From: a virus
Lineage: Duplodnaviria > Caudoviricetes
Direction: 5' to 3' (one strand)
IMG/VR virus record: IMGVR_UViG_3300027819_000034
Coordinates: 1-37,741 of that record
Length of the DNA stretch: 37,741 bases
Part shown: piece after piece, positions 5,527 through 15,580 of the stretch
Layout: each line of letters starts with the position of its first letter
How positions within the stretch are numbered: position 1 is the stretch's first letter
Program-made: the position numbers and the translations under genes
The notes under the pieces: model-generated
What the model was told of the DNA's origin: nothing
Database searches by the model: none
What the model saw: only the letters and a program-made list of their open reading frames with translations

Positions 5527-7683
5527 TTAATCCCAGTCAAAAGTTGCAGTAACGATAACCTCATTCGAGCTTGCCTGTGTGCCCAATTGGATCAAAACAT
5601 CTTCTCGTGTCGTAAATGTGTTGTTGGTAGTGAATACTTTTTCTACGCCAGCCGTGGAACATTTCAAAGTGTCATTACTCGCAGTTGTCGCGTAAGCAAA
5701 GTTAGCACCATCACCTATCCTTAAATTGGCAGTCCCCGCATCTGTCTTGCAGTAAAGTTTACTGATCTTAACAGCACCCGAAGGATTCCAAAGATTAAAT
5801 GTTGTAGTAGCAGAACCATACACCGCGTACGCTTTATCTCTTGTCGTACTAGCTACTCGTGTAGATTTCTCAAACCAAGCATAAAGAGGATCACTATTCA
5901 TTAAGATGCCTCCAGAGAATGTGGACGTTGCAGTTGAGGTATTGAGGATAGAACCTCCAGTGATGGTTAATCCCGCAGATGCAGACAACGAGGTCGCGCC
6001 AATACCTCCAGCAAATGTGGATGTTGAAACTGCGGTGGAATTAATACCTCCTCCGGTGATAGTGAGACCAGCCGATGAAAATAAACTCGTCAAAGATAAT
6101 CCTCCTGAAAATGTTGATGTAGCCGTTGAAGTATTAAGAATTGAACCTCCGGTAATAAGCAGCCCTAATGTCGAGGATAATCCAGTAGATGCGATACCTC
6201 CTGAAAATGTGGAGGTTGCAGTTCCTTGCGATGTAATGCTACCACCGGTTACCGTTAAGCCTCCGACTAGCAATCCACCAGTTAACGATGATGTTGCCGA
6301 GCCGGTTGATAAGATATTGCCACCAGTCAATGTTAATCCAAGAGTAGAAGATAAACCTGCTGTAGTTACCCCACCCGAAAATGTTGATGATGCGGCATTC
6401 GTTGCTGTAAGAATACCTCCAATAGTTAATGCTCCAGTGAAGTTAGACCCTACTGCCGAGGTGATATTAAGCGCACCAGAGGATGTAATGTTTCCACCTG
6501 TTATAGCAAGTCCAAGAGATGAGGCGAGTCCAGCAGTAGATATACCCCCGCTAAACGATGATGACGCGGCGGCTGTAATATTTAGTGCACCAGACGATAG
6601 AATACCTCCTCCTGTCACAGTAAGCCCCAAACTCGAAGCAAGCCCAGCAGTTGAAAGACCGCCCGCGAATGTAGAAGTTCCTGCATAAGTACTTGCTAAT
6701 TGTCCAGTAGTATTTAATCCGCCGCCAGTTATTGCAAGCCCTAACGAAAGTCCTAATGAAGTACCAGAAATACCACCAGAAAATGTCGAAGTAGCAGCGT
6801 TCGTGATTTCTAAAAGTCCCGAAGATTTTATGCTTCCGCCAGTTATAGTTAAACCAGCAGAGGAAGCTAATCCTACAGATGAAAGACCTCCGCTAAAGGT
6901 TGATGTCGCAGCACCAGTCGCAGTGAATACTCCTCCTGTAGTAACTCCGCCAGTAAAATTTGATGTAAGACCTGAAGTGATAGTCAATGCACCAGATGAA
7001 TTAAGACCGCCACCAGTGATGGTCAATCCGCCACTTGAAGCTAAACCCGATGTACTTAATGCTCCTGTCCAAGTTGATGTAGCAGTAGTTGAAGTTTGAT
7101 TGATTGTACTTGTAGCACTGATTGCGGCTACAAACAGATCGCCTGCTAACATAGCGTCGCCTTGTACGCCCAAAGTACGATCTGGCGAAGAAGTTGCAAT
7201 ACCGAACCGATCCGTCCCATCAATGAAGTAGAGTTGATCGGCGTCATCTACAGTTGTCGCAGTTGCAGGATAAAATGCTAGTTTAGTAGCAACACCGCTA
7301 TTTACTGTTCCTGAACCACCACCACCTGATGTCAAACACGCGCCACTCGCAAGCGCAAAACAGCCACCAGTTAATGTAAAACCGTTAGAAGAAGAATACC
7401 CACCAGCCGTTATGCCACCTGCGAATGTTGAGGTAGCAGTAGAGGTAGCGGTCAAAAATCCTACAACAGGGGATGAGCTAGCGACCAACGCGCCTCTCGT
7501 AGTCGTACCGCTAACAATTATTTCATTTTCAGAAAAATAGTTTGATCCAGTTCCACCTTGATAGACCGATAAAGTCCGAGGATCGGCTCCAAGAGGTTGT
7601 ACGGGTGGATCAACTTTTACGGAGTTATAAGATATAACACCTGAAACAATGATCGCGATGAGAGAAGATATTAAATAGTTCAT
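5527..7683 (-). CDS. Tail-fibre-like protein with about 42-aa G/S/T/A repeats and N-terminal hydrophobic segment
   Basis: Repeated ATSTFSGG...GL.ITGG units; FGIATSSP...L.V.G fibre-type motif. Confidence 0.75.
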   Translation of the reverse strand: MNYLISSLIAIIVSGVISYNSVKVDPPVQPLGADPRTLSVYQGGTGSNYFSENEIIVSGTTTRGALVASSSPVVGFLTATSTATSTFAGGITAGGYSSSNGFTLTGGCFALASGACLTSGGGGSGTVNSGVATKLAFYPATATTVDDADQLYFIDGTDRFGIATSSPDRTLGVQGDAMLAGDLFVAAISATSTINQTSTTATSTWTGALSTSGLASSGGLTITGGGLNSSGALTITSGLTSNFTGGVTTGGVFTATGAATSTFSGGLSSVGLASSAGLTITGGSIKSSGLLEITNAATSTFSGGISGTSLGLSLGLAITGGGLNTTGQLASTYAGTSTFAGGLSTAGLASSLGLTVTGGGILSSGALNITAAASSSFSGGISTAGLASSLGLAITGGNITSSGALNITSAVGSNFTGALTIGGILTATNAASSTFSGGVTTAGLSSTLGLTLTGGNILSTGSATSSLTGGLLVGGLTVTGGSITSQGTATSTFSGGIASTGLSSTLGLLITGGSILNTSTATSTFSGGLSLTSLFSSAGLTITGGGINSTAVSTSTFAGGIGATSLSASAGLTITGGSILNTSTATSTFSGGILMNSDPLYAWFEKSTRVASTTRDKAYAVYGSATTTFNLWNPSGAVKISKLYCKTDAGTANLRIGDGANFAYATTASNDTLKCSTAGVEKVFTTNNTFTTREDVLIQLGTQASSNEVIVTATFDWD

Positions 7684-8429
7684 GTTCGGAAATAGAGAAG
7701 ATCAACCTTTTCATTTTCTTGAGGCGTGAAAGTTAGCGCAAGAGTTTTAGTCGAGTTGGTAACTGTAAAATGAGTCGTCGGAACGAGATATTGTCCGTTA
7801 TAGAACACCCAGCAAGCCCTGCCACCAGCCGCAACTTGGCTTGTTAATGTAAATGAGGTTGTTTCTCCATCGCCAGTAAATGTTTGTGAAATAGGAAGAC
7901 TTAACCCACCCCCCCCGCCGCCACCTTTCGTCTTTGAGCTTGCGGCAACATTTTGCAGATATTTGACTAAACCTTTAATAACTTTCATATCCAACTTCTC
8001 ATCTAGTGTGTTCAATTTTGCAACTAATTCGTCGGCAGTATCAATGGCATCCTTGCCGTCCTTGCCTGCGGGTCCGACGATACTCACGCCATCTTTTCCG
8101 TCTATGCCATCTTTCGGTTTTAATTCTTTTTTGATTTGTTTTAATTCTTGAGGAGTTAGGAAGTCCACGCCATAGATAGGTTTTAATTCTCCTTTTACTT
8201 TTTCGACAGTTCCCACCTTCTCATTTAAAACTCGCTGTGCGATTGTAGTTATAATATCTTCACCTAAGTTTTCAGTTATCATATTCTGCAATTCAGCAAG
8301 GATTTCACTCTTGAATTTAGCCATTTCGGATTTTACGGTATCAAGTACTTTCTCGCGCATGCCAAATAATGGCGTTTCAGTTAAGTTCCGTTGCGCCATA
8401 CGTTCTCGAAGTTGTTGTGCGAGGGTCAT
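7680..8429 (-). CDS. Virion-associated protein with short collagen-like repeats, poly-Gly linker and beta C-domain
   Basis: DGIDGKDG, GPAGKDGKD, G7, then FTGDG.TTSFTL...NGQ.L motif. Confidence 0.65.
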   Translation of the reverse strand: MTLAQQLRERMAQRNLTETPLFGMREKVLDTVKSEMAKFKSEILAELQNMITENLGEDIITTIAQRVLNEKVGTVEKVKGELKPIYGVDFLTPQELKQIKKELKPKDGIDGKDGVSIVGPAGKDGKDAIDTADELVAKLNTLDEKLDMKVIKGLVKYLQNVAASSKTKGGGGGGGLSLPISQTFTGDGETTSFTLTSQVAAGGRACWVFYNGQYLVPTTHFTVTNSTKTLALTFTPQENEKVDLLYFRT

Positions 8430-8435
8430 ATTAGG

Positions 8436-8454
8436 TAATTATAACATTTTTTAG
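8436..8454 (-). promoter_or_regulatory. Extended -10 promoter TGTTATAAT; 19 bp identical to 13706-13724
   Basis: Plus-strand TAATTATAACATTTTTTAG at both sites, 8 and 7 nt before an ATG. Confidence 0.75.
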
Positions 8455-8476
8455 ATGAGTATGATATGATAAAAAC

Positions 8477-8590
8477 ATGGCATTATTAACTATTTCTCTA
8501 CTTTTCATTTTATTTGCTCAATTTCTATCGCCATTTTTGGCATTTATTCTATTTTTCATCCTTTTCGGATGGGGAATTGTTAAGGATTAA
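8477..8590 (+). CDS. 37-aa hydrophobic membrane peptide (MALLTISLLFILFAQFLSPFLAFILFFILFGWGIVKD)
   Basis: TGATATGAT 6 nt before ATG; fills the intergenic gap; not in the ORF track. Confidence 0.7.
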   Translation: MALLTISLLFILFAQFLSPFLAFILFFILFGWGIVKD

Positions 8591-10451
8591 CTTCTTCACG
8601 CACTATATTAGCTCCTCTACCAACTTTTACAGCCTCACTTACCATAGGTGCGATCTCTTGTAATTTTTTACCAACACCTCCTTTTAATGTAAGCCCGCTG
8701 GTCATAAGTTTTTGACCAAAATCTGACGATACAAATTTAGAAAATAAAGCATCTCCTAATAAAAGTTTAAATCCTAAAATTGGATTAACAAACAACGTTC
8801 CGATCTCTGACGAGAGACGTACCAAGAAAGCGGTCTGTGATCCCTCTGCTATTTTTTGAACTCCGCCAAGAGATTTTGTAATTTCATTGATATTTTTTAG
8901 TGCACGATACTGATAAGGTTCGAGGATAGCTTGCAATTTTTTATCACCAAACTTTTTAATTTGTACTTCGAGACCACCCGGCGTAAAAGTACCTTGTACT
9001 CCTTTTGAATCTTTAATCACTTTATCAATAAATGCTGATTGAATGCCTGCTTGTGCATCTTTACCAACAACTTGATAAATTTTTGGCACATCTTCAATAG
9101 ATGTTGCGGGATTGATTATAGATGGCAAAATTTTATCTGGTTGATCTTTAAATTTAAAAATTTTATCGGCATAATCACTTTGTAATCTATTTAATCCTTC
9201 TTTATAAAAAGCATCTGCTTGGTCATGCGCAGCGATAAGATCGGTACGTCCTCGTTTTTGTAACTGTTCACGCAATGTAGTATCTAATTCATCAGAAAGA
9301 GAAGCTGCAATTTTCCGTAATGCGCCTTTATCGCCAGTTTGAATAAAATCTCCAAAGTTAATATCACGATTCAATTTTCCTAACGCAGCATCTGCATCGG
9401 CTGTTGTCAATTTTCTATTTGATAATCCTTGACGTAATTGAGTATAACGAGTTAATTCATTTGATGTTGCCTGCCCACTCGCTTTTAATGCTTGTCTTTC
9501 TTTGGCAATAAGATCATCCAAAAGATTTATAGTATTTTGTGGCTTTACAGGAATATCTGTTGGAAGTTGGGCAGATTTATATAAATCATTTTTCGTTGCT
9601 TGATATGCCGCCTTATATTTAGATACTCCTTGTTCTATCTGACGACCTACTAAACTTAAATCTGATGATTGGTTGGTACTCTTGATAAGATCATCTGCAA
9701 TAGTTTGGAGTTTTGTTTGAACCTCCCCAACTTTATCAGCTATTCCTCCACCAAAGATACCTTTTGAAGCAAGGGCTTCTGCTCCACGTACCACCGGGGA
9801 TATTGATTTCATTGAAGCAGGCAATTCTATCCCTAATTCACTGGCTGCTTGAGTGGCTGGTTGATTAATCTTACTAGCAAATGGTTCAACTTTACGACCA
9901 GTAGTAACAGCCTCGCTGATAACCCCTGCACCCTTAATAGCTGCTCTAGTAGGGTCTACAGCCTTCCCAATATCAGAAACTATTTGTCCAGTTCGAGATA
10001 GCCCCCCAATTTTTGAAACTGTACCTGCTCCTTTTAATGCAGCACCACCTCCACCTAATATAATTGATAAATCCGAAAGAACACCGATTGGGTCTTCATA
10101 AAAAGTTTTCTTTAAATTTTCTATGCCTCCATAACGTTGTTTATAAAAATCTACTACTGCATCAAATGATTGTTCTTGCCCTTGTTCACCCGGTATTAAT
10201 TTTTCAACGCCACCTAATGCAGTTTTACCCAATGCTACGGCGGTATCAACTGGGTGAGTAATTGCTTGTGCTAATCCACTAACTACACCTGCACCACTTT
10301 TCACAACATTACTAGCGAATCCACCAAGACTTTTCTCGGATTGATCCAATTTCGAAACAAAAGGTTCTGCATTTGTCCCCATTTTAGAAACTGCATCTTG
10401 AGTAAATCCTTTTTGCCGTAAAGTTTTATATTGTTCAAAAGTTAATGCCAT
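8580..10451 (-). CDS. Putative DNA ejection/internal virion protein
   Basis: 623 aa, helical, Gly/Ala-rich N-half; position after tail genes as in podoviruses. Confidence 0.6.
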   Translation of the reverse strand: MALTFEQYKTLRQKGFTQDAVSKMGTNAEPFVSKLDQSEKSLGGFASNVVKSGAGVVSGLAQAITHPVDTAVALGKTALGGVEKLIPGEQGQEQSFDAVVDFYKQRYGGIENLKKTFYEDPIGVLSDLSIILGGGGAALKGAGTVSKIGGLSRTGQIVSDIGKAVDPTRAAIKGAGVISEAVTTGRKVEPFASKINQPATQAASELGIELPASMKSISPVVRGAEALASKGIFGGGIADKVGEVQTKLQTIADDLIKSTNQSSDLSLVGRQIEQGVSKYKAAYQATKNDLYKSAQLPTDIPVKPQNTINLLDDLIAKERQALKASGQATSNELTRYTQLRQGLSNRKLTTADADAALGKLNRDINFGDFIQTGDKGALRKIAASLSDELDTTLREQLQKRGRTDLIAAHDQADAFYKEGLNRLQSDYADKIFKFKDQPDKILPSIINPATSIEDVPKIYQVVGKDAQAGIQSAFIDKVIKDSKGVQGTFTPGGLEVQIKKFGDKKLQAILEPYQYRALKNINEITKSLGGVQKIAEGSQTAFLVRLSSEIGTLFVNPILGFKLLLGDALFSKFVSSDFGQKLMTSGLTLKGGVGKKLQEIAPMVSEAVKVGRGANIVREEVNP

Positions 10452-10452
10452 G

Positions 10453-12288
10453 TTATTGGAAAAGGCTAAAAAAACTATTCGCCATATTGGATAATCCTTG
10501 TCCTATTTCGGTTAATTGTAACTTATTACTTGATTGAGTATTATTTTGTGATTTTATAAAATCTTCATATTCTTTTTTTAGAACACTTTCATCAATTTGG
10601 GGAATTTCTGTATTATCTGGTATAGAATAATCTACTAAAAATTGTTCGCCATCTTTTCGTCCTGTAAGATTATTAATTCCTTGAGTGTATCGTTGATAAA
10701 GATTTCTATAACTTTTTTCAGAAGCTGCATATTTTTGTTGAATAGTATTTTTAATATTCTTTCTTGCAGTTTCTGATAAGAATCCTGTTCCAGCTAAAGC
10801 TTGCTCAATGCCCTTACCATAAGCGTTGATCCAAGATTGTGAGTATTTTTGCGCAGTTGCATATTCTCCTTCACGCACAACTGATCCGGGATCAAGAACT
10901 TTTGCAAGCGAATAAATAAGAGCTTGATCATCAGCAGGATTTTTAGTTTTATCTGAAATAGAACTTGCAAAATTAGCACCTTCTTGAATTGTAGAAAAAT
11001 TAGTAACTACGCCCTCACTCTTGAATTGGCTTACCTTTCCACGAACTGCCGTTGAAGTAGGGGCTGTTAATCCACTATATAATTGAGATTCGGCATCTGT
11101 CCCTGCTAATCTTTCCTCTTTTTTACGTTTCTCTGAATCCTCGAACAATGTTCTTGCTTTGCCTACAACCAGAATGCCTTTCACTACATCAACAAGATAT
11201 GGTTTATTCAGTGTTTGTGCTAAATCAGTAATCCCAGCTTGTGCTTCCGGGCCAAGATCATCCCAATTTACAGCTTTACTTTCGAATTGTTTGGCAATAT
11301 CAAAAAGCAATTTCTGATCATCTTTTTGCAATGTTGCTACTTTATCGAGTACGTTCTCCTCTAATTTACTGATCTGCTCATCTACTTTTTGTCTCAATCC
11401 GAAATCAGTCGAAAAGTCATCAAGTTGTTGTTCAACATTTTTTAATTCCATACCGCGAGCTTCTTGAAGTAATCCTAGTTCGCTCAAGAGATTTTTTTCG
11501 GCTAATGCCATTTCTTGACGAGCAAAACTTGCTTTGAAATCAAGCTCTGATGCGCGACCTGTTGCAATACCCAGTGTTGTTCCTTTAAATTGTGCTAATT
11601 TATCTTGTTGTAATTGAAGATTGAATTGATCCGCAGCAGATCGTAAAGTATTTAATTGTTGCCCTATGACTTTCTCGCGTTCTCCGGGGATTGATAACTG
11701 CGCACGTTTTGCTCGAGCAGCTGGGAGTTCTTTAAAAAGATCAGCAAGTCCTGTTTCATATTTTGTTTTGGCGTCTTCGGCTAGTTTCCGATATGCGTCC
11801 ACTCCGACAACATCTCCAGTATCTATTGCTTGTTTTGCTTTGGTCATTGCATTCAAAACTTCACCTTCTTGTTGTTGCAAACTTTGTAATGCTGGGCTGG
11901 TTGGGGGAAGGATTCCTTGTTTTACTGCTTGGTTGATTTGACCAGACATTTGCGCAGTCGCCGGGGAGCCACCTTTAAATGTCAAAACTTCGCCCGGATA
12001 AATAAGATTAGGATCACCTGATTTATAACCCGAAATATCTGAAACATTAGTTCCTTTTTGTTGAGCAATTTGACTTAATGTATCTCCCGGCTTCACGACA
12101 TATTGTTCTAATTGAGCGATTTTCTGCTCATTCTGTTGTGCGATATTCTGCCCTATTTGAGACGAAAGCATTGATACTGGGCTAGTTGGTGTCGGAGGAG
12201 GCAAAACAGGTGCTACAGGTGCTATAGCCGTAGGCATAGATGATCCTATAGTTAACTCGTTTGAACGATTTAATATATCTTGTGGCAT
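10453..12288 (-). CDS. LysM-containing putative ejection/internal virion protein
   Basis: YVVKPGDTLSQIA...PNLIYPGEVL LysM motif, then a long Gln/Glu/Leu-rich helical region. Confidence 0.7.
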   Translation of the reverse strand: MPQDILNRSNELTIGSSMPTAIAPVAPVLPPPTPTSPVSMLSSQIGQNIAQQNEQKIAQLEQYVVKPGDTLSQIAQQKGTNVSDISGYKSGDPNLIYPGEVLTFKGGSPATAQMSGQINQAVKQGILPPTSPALQSLQQQEGEVLNAMTKAKQAIDTGDVVGVDAYRKLAEDAKTKYETGLADLFKELPAARAKRAQLSIPGEREKVIGQQLNTLRSAADQFNLQLQQDKLAQFKGTTLGIATGRASELDFKASFARQEMALAEKNLLSELGLLQEARGMELKNVEQQLDDFSTDFGLRQKVDEQISKLEENVLDKVATLQKDDQKLLFDIAKQFESKAVNWDDLGPEAQAGITDLAQTLNKPYLVDVVKGILVVGKARTLFEDSEKRKKEERLAGTDAESQLYSGLTAPTSTAVRGKVSQFKSEGVVTNFSTIQEGANFASSISDKTKNPADDQALIYSLAKVLDPGSVVREGEYATAQKYSQSWINAYGKGIEQALAGTGFLSETARKNIKNTIQQKYAASEKSYRNLYQRYTQGINNLTGRKDGEQFLVDYSIPDNTEIPQIDESVLKKEYEDFIKSQNNTQSSNKLQLTEIGQGLSNMANSFFSLFQ

Positions 12289-12289
12289 A

Positions 12290-13489
12290 TTAGTATTTTC
12301 TTATTTTAACTCGCCCATAATTTCTTTGAACCTTTAATGCCTCGCTTGGGTTGGATGATAAATATTTCTTTTTTGAACTTTCGTATTCTCCTTTGAAATA
12401 ACCTATCTCGTCTTTTTCTTTGAGTTCCTGCGAGGCAAATTCAGCCGCCTTGAATGCGATCATTTCTATCTCATCGGTATCGGCAATAATTAAATCAGTT
12501 GTTGTGGTGGCTTCCTCGATGTATACCAATGCCGTAGTTTGCCAGCCAAATTTGGTGTAGTAGATAACATCATAAATTTCCCCAACACGAGATACTATAT
12601 CATCTATTCTCCAATCTGTGTCCGCGTCAAATCCTGCAGGTTTGGTAATCGTAAGTCGTAGATAGTCTATTTTAGCAGGATCAACTGTGCCTACTTCGGT
12701 AGCCCCGTTCCAATCAAAGCGTAAAAGATTCCAGCCATCATGAAATGTATCGCCCTCATTGTTCACTGTCACAGTACGATGCCAATATGCTGCCGAGTCA
12801 TTACCCCAGCGCAAGATGAAGTTTGTTACCACATCCGCGCCTGCATCAGAATAGTCGGGAATAAAAACCCACAAGAATATAGAACCTTTTTCATCATGAT
12901 CGGTGAGATCAACCTGCGTGGCTCCTGTGAGTTCAATAGCCGCAGTAGCCGCGCCAGCAGCAGTATCAAAGTTTATTGATCCACCACCGACAATATAATT
13001 ATCGGAGTCGAGAGTCACATTACTTGCGTCTGTCCCTGCAACTGCCGCCCATGTGCCATTTCCTGCTACTGAATTGCAATTATGAATAGTTGCGTTTTTC
13101 GTTGTCGGAAGCCCGTCAATCCTTAATAACTTCGAAAATTCCTCATCTCGGATTGCAATGCGATAATTGGAGATATTCTTCCGACGGTCAAAGTCTGCTT
13201 CATCCACTAATAGCCAGCGTTCATAAGAGGGACGGTTTACCTGTCGGCGAATATCAATAATTTTATTGCCTTTTAACGTTGCTGGTGCGGCATAATCAAA
13301 TACCCCTACAAACATATTCGGCGAAAGTACAGAGCGTCGCTTGTGACTTCTCAAGTCCATATCACCAATGACATAACGCACGGCACGGTTGGCAACGACT
13401 TGTCGGTCCGCGACCTGACTAAATTTTTGGTGCATCATTCCATTGACAATCGCGAAAAATTCTGTTTGCGTAATTACAGGGGTGGCCAT
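12290..13489 (-). CDS. Putative head-tail adaptor with inserted beta domain
   Basis: Helical N- and C-termini flanking a Trp-rich beta region; located in the tail module. Confidence 0.5.
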   Translation of the reverse strand: MATPVITQTEFFAIVNGMMHQKFSQVADRQVVANRAVRYVIGDMDLRSHKRRSVLSPNMFVGVFDYAAPATLKGNKIIDIRRQVNRPSYERWLLVDEADFDRRKNISNYRIAIRDEEFSKLLRIDGLPTTKNATIHNCNSVAGNGTWAAVAGTDASNVTLDSDNYIVGGGSINFDTAAGAATAAIELTGATQVDLTDHDEKGSIFLWVFIPDYSDAGADVVTNFILRWGNDSAAYWHRTVTVNNEGDTFHDGWNLLRFDWNGATEVGTVDPAKIDYLRLTITKPAGFDADTDWRIDDIVSRVGEIYDVIYYTKFGWQTTALVYIEEATTTTDLIIADTDEIEMIAFKAAEFASQELKEKDEIGYFKGEYESSKKKYLSSNPSEALKVQRNYGRVKIRKY

Positions 13490-13490
13490 A

Positions 13491-13700
13491 TTATTTCTTT
13501 AGTTCAACATTCATGGCCTTTTTGATTTCATCTAATTCAATTTCTCGTTTATTCAAATTATCTTTTTCTTTTGTGATCTTTCCCAATTCTTGATCCACGT
13601 CAGCCATACGCATTTTAATACGGGTTGAAGCAGGATATTCAAGCACAAATAAAATATCTTCTGTTGGAGTTCCTTTTGGGCTTGAGATTTTTATATTCAT
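13491..13700 (-). CDS. Hypothetical protein, 69 aa (probably leaderless)
   Basis: TGTTATAAT 7 nt upstream. Confidence 0.65.
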   Translation of the reverse strand: MNIKISSPKGTPTEDILFVLEYPASTRIKMRMADVDQELGKITKEKDNLNKREIELDEIKKAMNVELKK

Positions 13701-13720
13701 ATCAATAATTATAACATTTT

Positions 13721-15580
13721 TTAGCCTTGTTGTGGAGAGGTCTTGACTTTAAAAATTGGTTGCAATTCATCAACGGCGACGTCAAATCCTCGCAATTCAA
13801 TTTTGAGCTGAATAAATTCACCGTGTGTGTTACGAGTTGAACCTGTGAATGGTACTTTTTGATTACCTACAGATGTTGAACTGATTGCTGTTTCGGTTGT
13901 CCAATTATCAAAACGACAAAGGAATTTATCAGTTGATGCGGTTGGCGCGGCTTCTGCGATTGTCACGGTTATTGATGTTACGCTATCTGGCGTTGCGGAA
14001 AGGGTAGAGATGGCAAACGAGCAGCCAGCATTGTCGCCACTTAATACTTCAACTTCATCGCCCACAGCTACACCAGTAGGAACTATTGCAGTAAAGCTGG
14101 TTGTATTCACCCAAGTTCCCTGTGCGTTCATTAAAATAAGGTTGTTAGTATCGGGGTCTTGCGCGCTAGCATTGAATAACGGATCAGCAGTGCGCCATTT
14201 TACAACAATTCTATTATTAGAATTAACAAATCGTTTAAATTTAACCCACAACGCCTCCCATGTCGCCTCAATATCAGCGATCGGAATATACGGAGTAATA
14301 AAGTAACCCCTATTACGGCCAGCGTTACTTGCTTGATCGTTACTTCGGATCATGCGATATATACCATTTGTTGCACCTGCTATCCACGTTGCACCACCAT
14401 TAAATACGCTGGCACTTGCTATTAAAATGTAATCGCCACCGGTAGTAGACTTAATTACTGTTCCCGGTTCGTCTACATGAGCGCAACCATAACTCAAATC
14501 AGTTCCGGCAGTCGTATGCTCACCAAAGCCCATGTGATGGTATAAATTATTGGTTTTCGTATTAAATATCCATATACCCGAACGTGCTCGACGCACTCCA
14601 CCATTAAGCGTAGTGGCAGATGCTTGAGCGTTAATCATTGGAATACCAACATTCAAATAGACAATATCTCCATCTACATAAGCACCGTGTGGTTTTATGG
14701 TATCTTCATTCGTGATCGTTGTAGTCAAAATCATTCGCTGTTCTTGCAAATTAAAATCTTGTACTTTTGCAAATGCCGCACCATTATATCGAAAAATAAA
14801 TCCTTTTTCGGTAATAAAATATGGGATATTGTTTACTAAAAATCCTGTAAGAGGGGAACTACCAACGAGATCATATTCGTTATTATAAGTTAGAGAGAAC
14901 CCATCCCATTCAATAATCTTTGCCGAACCATCAGTATCGCTTTGTAATCCGAACCAAAACCTACTTGATGATGCCAGAGCCAAACGTACTGTATAGCCTG
15001 TAGGGAGCGTTACACGACTTTGCGCGATAACATCATTTTGATCAATCGTATGAATAACAGGTACTCCGGTTACTTTATCGCCCACAGCGACAAGTCGTCC
15101 TAATTTTGCCATTGGATGAAATGCAAGAGATGTCAAAGCTGATCCTCCCGCAACAGCAGTCCACCAATCATCATCCCAAGCATTCGCTACGCCTGCACTA
15201 TTTAAAATGGCTATATTGGTCGCACGAGTACATAAAAGTCGTTGCTCACCATTTGCAAATTCGTGAATAATCATGTCGCGCGGATCGTTAAATGTGCCAG
15301 CAGTAGCGTCAGTGACCCAAGTCGCACTGGTGATTACTGAACTCGTATTATGAATAATATCGGTATCATGTACAATTCCCCACCATTGATCAGTTGCCGT
15401 AGCATCAGTGCGAATAAATTTAGCCACAACACCTAATGCGGCTTTGAATATCCGCATTTTATCCGATAACATAATCCGACCAGGCTGTTGTTCCAAGTCT
15501 ATATTCCAAGTTTGCCAAAGATTCCCGAAGTAATTTCCGGTATAAGTTCCTTTCCAAATTTTATTATCGGGTATTCTCAT
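13721..15580 (-). CDS. Putative tail hub/nozzle protein (P22 gp10-like role)
   Basis: 619 aa, beta-propeller-like composition, C-terminal FIQLKIELRG strand. Confidence 0.6.
   Translation of the reverse strand: MRIPDNKIWKGTYTGNYFGNLWQTWNIDLEQQPGRIMLSDKMRIFKAALGVVAKFIRTDATATDQWWGIVHDTDIIHNTSSVITSATWVTDATAGTFNDPRDMIIHEFANGEQRLLCTRATNIAILNSAGVANAWDDDWWTAVAGGSALTSLAFHPMAKLGRLVAVGDKVTGVPVIHTIDQNDVIAQSRVTLPTGYTVRLALASSSRFWFGLQSDTDGSAKIIEWDGFSLTYNNEYDLVGSSPLTGFLVNNIPYFITEKGFIFRYNGAAFAKVQDFNLQEQRMILTTTITNEDTIKPHGAYVDGDIVYLNVGIPMINAQASATTLNGGVRRARSGIWIFNTKTNNLYHHMGFGEHTTAGTDLSYGCAHVDEPGTVIKSTTGGDYILIASASVFNGGATWIAGATNGIYRMIRSNDQASNAGRNRGYFITPYIPIADIEATWEALWVKFKRFVNSNNRIVVKWRTADPLFNASAQDPDTNNLILMNAQGTWVNTTSFTAIVPTGVAVGDEVEVLSGDNAGCSFAISTLSATPDSVTSITVTIAEAAPTASTDKFLCRFDNWTTETAISSTSVGNQKVPFTGSTRNTHGEFIQLKIELRGFDVAVDELQPIFKVKTSPQQG

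Noticed and set aside
5906-7099. Long Pro/Val-rich plus-strand ORFs (also 14010-14306, 17842-18252 and similar)
   Set aside because: Antisense shadows of repetitive or biased structural genes.
7909-7916. C8 tract as a phase-variation site
   Set aside because: Explained by a poly-Gly linker; the frame is intact.
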